From assembly GCA_044225365.1 (NCBI GenBank), contig JBGAIQ010000075.1, positions 1-23,423 of the forward strand: a stretch of DNA of 23,423 bases, read 5' to 3'. The notes under the pieces were generated by a model that saw only the letters and a program-made list of their open reading frames with translations, did no database searches and was not told the origin of the DNA. Positions 12,237 through 20,533 of this stretch are shown here, piece by piece. The DNA comes from Planctomycetota bacterium (GTDB lineage: Bacteria; Planctomycetota; B15-G4; JADJEK01). The translations under genes were made by a program, and so were the position numbers. Position 1 is the stretch's first letter. Each line of letters begins with the position of its first letter.

Positions 12237-12707
12237 ATGTCGGTATCCAATATCAGTTCGACGGTCAGCACCCCGCTCAGCACCCTGAAGCGCCCGTTCG
12301 AGGAGCGCAACAAGCAGCTCGAGGCGATCGGCACCGCGCTGCAGCGCGGCGACGTCAACGGCGCGCTGTCGGCGATCGACGAACTGCGCTCGCAGCCCGG
12401 TCCGCAGATCCTCTCCGCCGGCCGCAGCGGAAACACCAGCAACGCCGGTGCGGTCGCGACCGACCCGCTCGCCGCGGCCCTCGACGCCGTTGCGAGCTCC
12501 CTCGGCAAGAACGATCTCGACGGCGCGCGCAAGGCGCTCGCCGCGGGAACGGACAGCGCGCGCGCTACTGGCCGCCTGCGTCATCCGAACGCGGTTCCTC
12601 AGGTCAGCAACAGCGGCACGGGCGACGGCGAGGACATCGAGATCCCGGCGCTGCAGGCGACGACGCTCGAAGCGGGCGTCGGCCGCGCGGTGAATGTCGA
12701 AGCCTGA
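12237..12707 (+). CDS. Hypothetical protein, 156 aa, with a duplicated helical motif
   Basis: AAAGGAAG RBS, GC-rich third positions, Ser-rich N-terminus, internal repeat LxA(I/V)xxxLxxxD(V/L)xGAxxA, C-terminus GRAVNVEA. Confidence 0.8.
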   Translation: MSVSNISSTVSTPLSTLKRPFEERNKQLEAIGTALQRGDVNGALSAIDELRSQPGPQILSAGRSGNTSNAGAVATDPLAAALDAVASSLGKNDLDGARKALAAGTDSARATGRLRHPNAVPQVSNSGTGDGEDIEIPALQATTLEAGVGRAVNVEA

Positions 12708-12779
12708 TTCACCTGATTCGATAGAACGCAGACGCCAACAGGGGAACGGAAGGAAACCGTCCGTGCGGCGGAGCATCGA

Positions 12780-12821
12780 ATCGCGAGTTCGAGGGACCTC
12801 GGGCTCGCGATCTTCGTTTCT
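12780..12821 (+). terminator. Strong hairpin, candidate intrinsic terminator or attenuator
   Basis: ATCGCGAGTTCGAG-GGAC-CTCGGGCTCGCGAT forms a 14-bp stem with two G-U pairs that work only on the + transcript, followed by CTTCGTTTCT. Confidence 0.5.
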
Positions 12822-12856
12822 ACGCCCTTCGCCGTTTCCAAAGGTACTCCACTCCG

Positions 12857-13324
12857 ATGAAGCCTCTCGCCGCTTCCGCCGTCCCCTCGCCCGCCGTCCC
12901 GAGTCCTGCAACCGCCAAGTCGAGGCGGCGTGTCTTCGATCTCGCCCTGCGAGGGATCGCCGCGCTGATCATCGGCCAAACGTTGTTCTTCAAGTTCCAA
13001 GGCGCACCCGAGCCCGTCTACATCTTCACGAAGCTCGGCGCCGAACCCGTCGGCCGGATCCTGACGGCCGTATTCGAGTCGATCGCCGTCCTGCTCCTCG
13101 TCGTGCCGCGTACGGCCGTCCTCGGCGCCCTCCTTTCGGCCGGCTTGATGCTCGGGGCGATCGCCGCCCACCTCGGACCTCTCGGCATCGAGGTGCTCGG
13201 GGACGGGGGCCTCCTCTTCGTCCTCGCGCTCGTGACCTTGGGTGCGAGCGGCGGCATTCTGCTCCTGCGATTCGAGGAAGCGCTCGCCCTCGTGCGCGCC
13301 GTCATTCGGCGCCGCTTCCGCTGA
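12857..13324 (+). CDS. DoxX-family membrane protein
   Basis: About four TM helices with QTLFFKF.GAPE.VYIF, EP.GRI, GAI.AHL..LGIEV.GDGG.LF. Exact start uncertain. Confidence 0.85.
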   Translation: MKPLAASAVPSPAVPSPATAKSRRRVFDLALRGIAALIIGQTLFFKFQGAPEPVYIFTKLGAEPVGRILTAVFESIAVLLLVVPRTAVLGALLSAGLMLGAIAAHLGPLGIEVLGDGGLLFVLALVTLGASGGILLLRFEEALALVRAVIRRRFR

Positions 13325-13468
13325 TCCGTCCCCATCGCCCCGCGGAAGAACGACTGTTTTTTGCTCTTTCCGACCGAAATAGGAAGGCGCGCTGCGCGGT
13401 ACGATTCGCGCCCGAGTCCCCCTGAGTTGGAACGAGCGAGAACCGCGCTCGTTTTGAGAGGAATCGCG

Positions 13469-14557
13469 ATGGGTCTGTTCGACAAACTACGCGGCGAGCT
13501 GATCGACATCATCGAATGGCTCGATGATTCCCGCGACACGATCGTGTACCGCTTCCCGCGCTACGACAACGAGATCAAGATGGGCGCGAAGCTCATCGTT
13601 CGCGAATCGCAGGTTGCGATCTTCGTGAACGAGGGCCGGCTCGCCGACGTGTACAAGCCCGGCACCCATACGCTCGAGACCGAGAACATGCCGGTCCTGT
13701 CGACGCTCATGGGCTGGAAGTACGGATTCCACTCGCCCTTCAAGGCCGAGGTGTATTTCGTCAACACTCGGCAATTCACCGAGCTGAAGTGGGGTACGCA
13801 GAATCCCGTCACCCTGCGCGATCCCGACTTCGGGATCGTCCGCCTGCGCGCCTTCGGTTCCTATGCGATGCGCGTCGTCGATCCCTATGCTTTCCTCACG
13901 CAGCTCGTCGGCACCGACCCGCTGTTCAAGACCGAGGAAGTGACGGGCTACCTCCGCAACATCATCGTCGGACGGGTAACGACGCAGCTCGGGCAAGCCA
14001 AGATGTCGGTGCTCGACATGGCGGCCCATCAGGACCAGGCAGGCGTCACGCTCGGCGCTGCGCTCAGCGCCGATGTGAAGTCGCAGGGCCTCGAGATCAC
14101 GAAATTCATCATCGAGAACATCTCGCTTCCTCCGGAGGTCGAGAAGGCGATCGACCAGCGCACGCAGATGGGCGCCCTGGGTGATCTCAATAAATTCGCT
14201 CAGTATCAAACGGCGCAAGCGATCCCCGATATCGCCAAGAACCCGGGCGGTACGGCGGGCGACATGATGGGAATCGGTATGGGCCTCACCATGGGCCAGA
14301 AGATGGCGCAGGCCGTCGGCGGTTCGATGCCCGGTGCGGCGCCGCCGCCGCTCCCCGCCACCGTGCAATACCATCTCGGCGTCGATGGCAAGCAACAGGG
14401 TCCTTACGACATCGCGCAATTGCGCAGCCTCGTGGCGTCCGGTCAACTCAAGGCCACGACGCTCGTCTGGACCAACGGCATGAGCGCGTGGACCCCGGCG
14501 CAACAGGTCCCGGAGATCGCAGCGATCCTGCAGTCGTCTCCGCCGCCGTTGCCGTGA
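13469..14557 (+). CDS. SPFH (band-7, YdjI-like) domain protein with C-terminal GYF_2/DUF4339 domain, 362 aa
   Basis: GAGAGGA RBS before ATG 13469. Motifs IDIIEW, LIVRESQVAIFVNEG, SPFKAEVYF, KWGT, LRAFG and ENISLPPEVE; C-terminal G.QQGP...TLVW..GM..W. Confidence 0.92.
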   Translation: MGLFDKLRGELIDIIEWLDDSRDTIVYRFPRYDNEIKMGAKLIVRESQVAIFVNEGRLADVYKPGTHTLETENMPVLSTLMGWKYGFHSPFKAEVYFVNTRQFTELKWGTQNPVTLRDPDFGIVRLRAFGSYAMRVVDPYAFLTQLVGTDPLFKTEEVTGYLRNIIVGRVTTQLGQAKMSVLDMAAHQDQAGVTLGAALSADVKSQGLEITKFIIENISLPPEVEKAIDQRTQMGALGDLNKFAQYQTAQAIPDIAKNPGGTAGDMMGIGMGLTMGQKMAQAVGGSMPGAAPPPLPATVQYHLGVDGKQQGPYDIAQLRSLVASGQLKATTLVWTNGMSAWTPAQQVPEIAAILQSSPPPLP

Positions 14558-14579
14558 CGCCGTCCGCCGCGCAGCCTTC

Positions 14580-15692
14580 ATGAGTGACGCCGCCCCCGCC
14601 GCCCCCTCCGCACCCGAGCAGAACCGCAACTATCCCTGTCCGGGTTGCGGGGCGAATCTGGCGTTCGAACCGAAGGCCCAGAAGCTCGAGTGCCCGTATT
14701 GCGGATTCGAGCAACCGATCCCGCAGAGCGCCGAAGAGGTCGACGAGAAGTCGTTCGAGAAGTACCTGGTCGACGACAAGGCGGCGCGCGGGAAGATCGG
14801 CGAGAAGGAGTTGCGCTGCAATGGCTGCGGCGCGATCACGACGACGACGAAACTAGCGCAAACCTGCCCGTTCTGCGGCGCTGCCCAGGTCGTGCTCGTC
14901 GACGCGACGGAGATGATCACTCCCGGCGCGGTATTGCCCTTCAAGATCCCGCAGGACGACGCGCTCGTCCGCATGAGGAAATGGCTCACGAGTCTGTGGT
15001 TCGCACCATCGGAGTTGAAGCAACTCGCGGCGAACGAGGGCATTCGCGGCGTCTATGTCCCCCATTGGACCTACGATGCATACACTCGGACATTCTATAG
15101 CGGTCTACGCGGCGAACATTACTGGGTGACCGAAACCTATTCGACGACGGAGAACGGGAAGAGCGTCACGCGTACTCGTCAAGTGCAGAAGACGCGTTGG
15201 TATCCCGCCGCAGGTCGTGTCGAACGCGGATTCGACGACGTCTTGGTACCCGCCGTGAAGCACCTGCCCGCGTCGGAACTCGAGCAGCTCGAACCGTGGG
15301 ACCTTCGCGCACTACTGCCCTATGAGCCGAGTTACCTCGCTGGTTATGAAGCGGGGCGTTACGAAGTCGATCTGCGCGCCGGATTCGGCATCGCGCAAGG
15401 CATCATGGAACCGGTGATCCGTGGCGATTGCTGTCGTGACATCGGCGGCGACGTGCAACAGGTGACGTCGATGCGGACTTCCTACTCCGCTGTCACGTTC
15501 AAGCATTTATTATTACCGGTCTGGGTCGCTGCCTATCGCTTTCGTAACAAGGTCTATCGTGTGCTGGTGAATGCCCGCACCGGAGAAGTGAAGGGCGAGC
15601 GGCCCTGGAGCGCGTGGAAGATCTTCGGCGTCGTGTTGCTCGTCGCCATCGTCATCACGATCATCGTGCTCCTTGCGAATCGAAATGGTTGA
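14580..15692 (+). CDS. Double zinc-ribbon protein with C-terminal membrane anchor (usual neighbour of YdjI-like SPFH genes)
   Basis: CPGC...CPYC and CNGC...CPFC, then GVYVPHWTYD, FDDVLV, LLLPVW, VNARTGEV.GERP.S and a hydrophobic tail. Confidence 0.88.
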   Translation: MSDAAPAAPSAPEQNRNYPCPGCGANLAFEPKAQKLECPYCGFEQPIPQSAEEVDEKSFEKYLVDDKAARGKIGEKELRCNGCGAITTTTKLAQTCPFCGAAQVVLVDATEMITPGAVLPFKIPQDDALVRMRKWLTSLWFAPSELKQLAANEGIRGVYVPHWTYDAYTRTFYSGLRGEHYWVTETYSTTENGKSVTRTRQVQKTRWYPAAGRVERGFDDVLVPAVKHLPASELEQLEPWDLRALLPYEPSYLAGYEAGRYEVDLRAGFGIAQGIMEPVIRGDCCRDIGGDVQQVTSMRTSYSAVTFKHLLLPVWVAAYRFRNKVYRVLVNARTGEVKGERPWSAWKIFGVVLLVAIVITIIVLLANRNG

Positions 15693-17094
15693 TTCCGGCG
15701 CTTCGACGAATCGTGTCGGCGCGGAGGACTCCGCATCGGCGCGAACCGTTTTCGTCGCGGCTACGGTAGGCCTCGTCCTCCTGCTTCAACTCGCGGCCCC
15801 CGTGACCGTCGCGCCCCGCTTCTGGGGCCTACGAACCTGGGAAGGCGTGCCGTTTGGAATACGAGCGCTCCTGTTCACGATCGGCCTCTCGCTGCTCACG
15901 CCGAGTGGAGCCCGACTCTTCGATGCCTTGTGGTTCCAGGCACGACGATCGAAGCAGGCGTGCATCATCGCACTCGCAGTCACGGCAGCCTCCCTCATGC
16001 TCCTGCGCAGCAAGGTCATGTGGGGCAACCCCGACATCGCGGTCGAGGATGCCTCCCGAGGCCGACTCACCCTGAAGCACACGCTCGCGACCGCGGTGTC
16101 GGCCGCGATCTGCGCGTTGCTCGGTCGCGGAAATCTGTCGTTCGGGCATGCGTCCGTCGCACTTAGTTCCGTCTTCGCCGGCGTTCTCTACTTCTGGGGA
16201 GCGTTTGCGTTCGGTGCCGCAGCGTTCCCGAATTCCATCGTGAAGGCGCGGGTCGTCGCACTCACGCTCGCGACTTCCGGGCTGTCGCAGCAGTTCTTCG
16301 GAGTCGCCGAGAGTTATCCGCTCGCCTGCGCGACGCAGATCTGGGTCCTCGTCTGCATCGCACGCCTCGCGCGGCCGAAGGCGGAGGGTGGATCCGACTC
16401 CGCGACCCCGGCGATGCTCGCGCTCTCCTTGTCGGCGGGCACCTTCATCGCCACCGTCTTCCTCGGCCCGGCCACGCTGATCGCGATCTTCCGCGAGCGC
16501 GCCCGCGGTCTGCTCACGCCGATGCGGAAGGTACTCGTTCCGATCCTCGCCGGCATCGGTCCCGTTGCGCTCGCGGTCGCATTGCTCCACGTCCTTTCGA
16601 TCACTCGCATCGGTTATCGCTGGCCGCTGCTCCTTGCTACATTCGGCGGCAACGACGGCTCCTCGTTCGTCCCGCTGCACGAGACGAAGACCAGTTACTT
16701 CACGCTCTTCTCGTTCGAACACGCTGCCGCACGGGCGAACGCGGCCTTCCTCTCCGTGCCGGCCTGGATCGCGGTGATCGCGTCGATCGTGAGCGTCGAA
16801 CCGGAGTCGGCCACCGACTCCGCCGTGCGGCGCATGCTCTTGCCTCTCGGAATCGGTGCCGCCGGTTCGCTCAGTTATTACTTCCTCATCAACCCCGACC
16901 TCGGCCCCACGCTCGACTGGATGGAGACCGCCGCCGGTTCGATCGCTCCGTTAGCGTTCCTCCTCGTCCTTGCGCTCGCCAGGACGTCGGAGACCACCGC
17001 CGCTCGCCTTGGCAGCCTCTTCGTCGGTCTCTCCGTGTTGCACACGTTGCCCTGGGTGATCGCGAACGCGGGACTGACGGGGGGCGCGCGGTGA
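15685..17094 (+). CDS. Polytopic membrane protein, possibly GT-C glycosyltransferase-like
   Basis: Many hydrophobic segments over about 469 aa; motifs FFGVAESY and NPDLG...DW. ATG 15685 overlaps the upstream gene by 8 nt. The function is inferred only. Confidence 0.7.
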   Translation: MVDSGASTNRVGAEDSASARTVFVAATVGLVLLLQLAAPVTVAPRFWGLRTWEGVPFGIRALLFTIGLSLLTPSGARLFDALWFQARRSKQACIIALAVTAASLMLLRSKVMWGNPDIAVEDASRGRLTLKHTLATAVSAAICALLGRGNLSFGHASVALSSVFAGVLYFWGAFAFGAAAFPNSIVKARVVALTLATSGLSQQFFGVAESYPLACATQIWVLVCIARLARPKAEGGSDSATPAMLALSLSAGTFIATVFLGPATLIAIFRERARGLLTPMRKVLVPILAGIGPVALAVALLHVLSITRIGYRWPLLLATFGGNDGSSFVPLHETKTSYFTLFSFEHAAARANAAFLSVPAWIAVIASIVSVEPESATDSAVRRMLLPLGIGAAGSLSYYFLINPDLGPTLDWMETAAGSIAPLAFLLVLALARTSETTAARLGSLFVGLSVLHTLPWVIANAGLTGGAR

Positions 17095-17729
17095 AGCACG
17101 TCCTTTCATACCTCGCCATCCTCCTCGTGTTCCTCGGCGGTTCGATGGTGTTCGACGAGCACGTGATCGGATGGAACGGTTTCCTTCCGGTGCGACCGCT
17201 CGACGTGACCGCCGTCGAGAATCCCGTGTGGGCGGCGAATGCGGCGGACGACGCGCCCGAAACGCTCTGGGTCGGCCCGCGCGGGCGAGGCGCTACCGTG
17301 AGCGTCGAATTCGACGAGCCCGTTTTTTTGAGTGGCGTGTGGACCGACACGGGTAACAGCTTTCGACATCATCCCCTGAAGTACACGATGCGCCTCATCT
17401 TCTCCCCGCTCGAGATCGGCGAGAAGGTGGAGACCGAGGCCGAGATCCTGTTCAGCGTATGGCGTTCGTATCGCTTCGAGCCGCGGATGGTGAAGCGCCT
17501 ATCGATCGAGTGCTCCGTCGCGGGCGATCACACGGCGCCGAACTGGGCGCTTCGCGACGTGCGATTCCAGGCTCCCGGTTCGTTCCACTTCGACCTCGAC
17601 GCTTGGCGCACGAGCCTTCGGAAGCTCGCTCTGCCGGGCGCACTCGCTTTCTTGTGGTGGTTCCTCGTTGGGCGGCTCGCGAGTCGTCGTGGACCGAGTC
17701 GACGAATCGAATCAGCGCGCGGCGCGTAA
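17091..17729 (+). CDS. Membrane protein with a central discoidin (F5/8 type C)-like beta-sandwich
   Basis: GTGA overlap with the upstream stop; N- and C-terminal hydrophobic helices. Core pattern W...VSVEFDEPV.LSGV...HPLKY...RFEP..VKRLSI...WALRDV. Confidence 0.65.
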   Translation: MKHVLSYLAILLVFLGGSMVFDEHVIGWNGFLPVRPLDVTAVENPVWAANAADDAPETLWVGPRGRGATVSVEFDEPVFLSGVWTDTGNSFRHHPLKYTMRLIFSPLEIGEKVETEAEILFSVWRSYRFEPRMVKRLSIECSVAGDHTAPNWALRDVRFQAPGSFHFDLDAWRTSLRKLALPGALAFLWWFLVGRLASRRGPSRRIESARGA

Positions 17730-20273
17730 TCGTTCGAGTTGCGCCGACAGGTCTTCGTTGCCGTTCTTCGCGAGATAGCGAATCGCTGCGTCGAGATTCG
17801 GGTGCTTGGCCTCTTCCCTTGCGGCGGGATCCGGACGGACCAACTCGACTTGCTCGCAGAGTCGAATCCGAGCCCCCTCGAGATCTCCGCGCCTCTTCGC
17901 GAGAACGGCCCGCCGCGACAACACGCGGATTCTCGAGGCGAGATCGAAATCCTCCGGCGCGGCGAGGCCGAGGTCGACACCGTCGAGGAGCCACTCCGCG
18001 AAGTCCAGTCGTCCGGCGCCGAACGCGGCGTCGACGCACGAGAGGGACGCCTCGCGAAACGCGTCGGAGCTCGTGCCCACGGATCGACGAATCTGCTCGA
18101 GCGAAGGCAAGTAGAGTTCGAGGGCTGCCGGATATTGCTTCGACTTCGATCGAACCTCGGCGATGTATCCGCGAGTCGAAGCCGTGATCCAGTGCGCTTC
18201 TCCGAGCAGAGACGCCTGGACCGCATAGGCGATTTCGAATGCAGAGGTAGCCGCCGCGAAGTCCCCGCTGTCCAGCAGCACGCGCGCAAGGCCGGAGTGG
18301 GCTGCGGCGCTGTCGATCGAGCGACCGCGTCCCGCGGACTCGAAGGATTCGATCGAGCGATGGTAGTCTTCGATCGCCGACGACCAGTCCCTCGTTCGAT
18401 ACTCGATCTGGGCGCGCGATTTGTAGATCGAGCCGAGCGAGGACGCGTCGCGATCCGGACGCGATTCATATTTCGTCAGGAGAGACTGCAGGACCGCCTT
18501 TGCTTCGTCGATCTCTCCCATTTCCATCGCCAGCAGGTCCGCCAGATTGATGCTCGTCGCGATTCCGTCGACCGAGAGTTCTTCGTGGAGTCGCTCACGG
18601 ATCGCGAGCGCGCGGCGCAGCACCGACTCGGCCTTCGCTCGCTCGCCCCGGGCTCGATATAGATTGCCGAGGAAATTCAAGGTCGATGCCGTATCGAGAT
18701 CGCCCGCGGGGTGATCGGACTCTTGGATCGCAAGGGACTCCTCGAGCGCGCGCTCGGCATCCTCGAACTGTGAAAGATCGAGCATGAATGCGCCGACCTT
18801 GCGAAGGAGCGCCGATTTCACATCGCGTTCGTTCTCGAGTCCACTCTCGATCTTCTTCAGTCCTCGCTCGATCACGACGCGGATCGGAGTCTCCGGACCG
18901 AGTTCCTCGACATCGGAATCGAGGATCACTTGGCCGAGGAATTCGAACGCGTGCTTCGAAGCCTTTTGCGCCTTCTCGGTCTGCTCCAAGAGCGCCTCGA
19001 TCTGTCGGTTCTTGACGAAGAGGCCGAGCGGAACTCCGATCACGAGGACCGCGGAGAGGAAGATCGCGGCCGTCGCGGTCTTCCGACGCGCGGCCAGGCG
19101 AACGACGCGGGTGAGATTCGAAGCCGGACGCGCCGCGACGGGCTCGCCCGAAACCGCGCGCCGCAAGTCGTCGGCAAACGCCTTGCAGCCGTCGTAACGC
19201 CGAGCCTTGCTCTTCTCGATCGCTGCCAGCACGACCGTCTCGAGATCTCTCGAGATCGACGAGTTGAATCGCCGCGGGCGCGGCGGCTCCACTTCGCAGA
19301 TGTTCTTCAGGACTTGCTCGGTGGTATCGCCCTCGAACGGAACGCGGAGCGTCAGGAACTCGAACAGGAGGACGCCGAGCGACCAGACATCGGTGCGCGC
19401 ATCGATCTCTTCGGCCCGGCCGACGATCTGTTCGGGTGAGGCGTAGTACGGGGTGCCCGCGAAGTCGCGAGTGCGAGTGAGCGCGAGGGCATCGTCGACC
19501 CTCGCGAGTCCGAAGTCGAACAGCCTCGCGCGGCCCTTCGAATCCACCATGACGTTCGACGGTTTGACGTCGCGATGGAGCACGCCCTGTTCGTGAGCGT
19601 GCTGCAGCCCCTCGGCGACCGCGATCACGATTCGGCAAGCGGCATGAACGAACGACGTCCCGAGATTCGCCGCGACCGCGGTGCCGCCGACCTGCTTCTC
19701 GAGATCACTGCGCGTGAGTTCCGCGGGTGGAATCTTCGACTGGGTCAGCCCGCGGATGACATCGCCGAGCGTCTTGCCCGGCGCGTACTCCATCGCAAAC
19801 CAGGGAACCCCGGACTGCTCTCCGGATTCGTACACCGGAATGATCGCGGGGTGCGAAAGCTTTGCGACGGCGCCCGCCTCGCGAACGAGACGCAGCCGCG
19901 CCGTCTCCGACATCCCGAAGTGCGCGGGGATCGTCTTCAGCGCGACGAGTCGGCGCAGGCGTTCGTCCTCGGCGAGGAAGACGATCCCCATTCCGCCTTC
20001 TCCGATCCGCCGCACGATTCGATACGAGCCGATGCGCTCGCCTGCGGCGGGTCCGCCCAGGTTCAGATCGTTGCCCTGTCCACCGACGAGTCCGGCGCCC
20101 CGCAGTCCCCGCACTCGCAGATCGATCTTCTCGCGGTGCTCGCCGTAACGGGCCAGGAATCGCTCGTACGCGACCTCGCCTTCGGTCTCGAGCGCCTCGA
20201 TCGCCGCGGCGACGAGCGAGAGAAGGTCGGACCGATCGGAGGAGTTCTGGGATGGTGCGGAATCAGCAGCCAT
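17712..20273 (-). CDS. Hanks-type Ser/Thr protein kinase with TM helix and C-terminal TPR repeats, about 853 aa
   Basis: GEGGMG, VALK, HRDVKPSN, DFGLA, GTPYYASPEQ and DVWSLG; TM AAIFLSAVLVIGVPLGLFV; TPR units such as TASTLNFLGNLY...AESVLRRALAIRE. ATG 20273 is preferred over the ORF-track start at 20441. Confidence 0.95.
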   Translation of the reverse strand: MAADSAPSQNSSDRSDLLSLVAAAIEALETEGEVAYERFLARYGEHREKIDLRVRGLRGAGLVGGQGNDLNLGGPAAGERIGSYRIVRRIGEGGMGIVFLAEDERLRRLVALKTIPAHFGMSETARLRLVREAGAVAKLSHPAIIPVYESGEQSGVPWFAMEYAPGKTLGDVIRGLTQSKIPPAELTRSDLEKQVGGTAVAANLGTSFVHAACRIVIAVAEGLQHAHEQGVLHRDVKPSNVMVDSKGRARLFDFGLARVDDALALTRTRDFAGTPYYASPEQIVGRAEEIDARTDVWSLGVLLFEFLTLRVPFEGDTTEQVLKNICEVEPPRPRRFNSSISRDLETVVLAAIEKSKARRYDGCKAFADDLRRAVSGEPVAARPASNLTRVVRLAARRKTATAAIFLSAVLVIGVPLGLFVKNRQIEALLEQTEKAQKASKHAFEFLGQVILDSDVEELGPETPIRVVIERGLKKIESGLENERDVKSALLRKVGAFMLDLSQFEDAERALEESLAIQESDHPAGDLDTASTLNFLGNLYRARGERAKAESVLRRALAIRERLHEELSVDGIATSINLADLLAMEMGEIDEAKAVLQSLLTKYESRPDRDASSLGSIYKSRAQIEYRTRDWSSAIEDYHRSIESFESAGRGRSIDSAAAHSGLARVLLDSGDFAAATSAFEIAYAVQASLLGEAHWITASTRGYIAEVRSKSKQYPAALELYLPSLEQIRRSVGTSSDAFREASLSCVDAAFGAGRLDFAEWLLDGVDLGLAAPEDFDLASRIRVLSRRAVLAKRRGDLEGARIRLCEQVELVRPDPAAREEAKHPNLDAAIRYLAKNGNEDLSAQLERLRAAR

Positions 20274-20476
20274 GAACGACGAAGTCGGGACTTCTAGAGT
20301 GGGCGCGGGCGCGCCAATATACGTGGGCCGAGAAGGAAGCAACTGCCCGTCCATCGGTCGATTGCGAACGGTCGCGCGAGGCCTCGGCGACGGCCCTCCG
20401 GAAAAAACCGCGGTATCGGTACGATCTCGCGCCGTTCCCAAGAGACGATTCGAGCCTGTCTCCCGATCGCCGTGTA

Positions 20477-20515
20477 GACTGCGCGGCGCAGTCGCGGGGG
20501 ACGAAACAGTTCGTC
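20477..20515. promoter_or_regulatory. Two inverted repeats in the kinase/ECF divergent region
   Basis: GACTGCGC-G-GCGCAGTC (20477-20493) and GACGAA-ACAG-TTCGTC (20500-20515), just upstream of the ECF RBS (GGAG). Confidence 0.4.
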
Positions 20516-20533
20516 AGGATCGGAGTAGGCAGA

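Noticed and set aside
13325-13370. Intrinsic terminator after doxX
   Set aside because: A T-run is present at 13357-13362 but no convincing stem precedes it.
14580-15692. PriA or helicase annotation for the zinc-ribbon protein
   Set aside because: No Walker A or DExH motifs; only the zinc ribbons are shared, and it has a membrane anchor.
17452-18662. Overlapping ORFs around the kinase 3' end (17452-18039, 17459-18187, 17528-18469, 17739-18662)
   Set aside because: Low-complexity off-frame or antisense readings within the kinase and discoidin-like genes.
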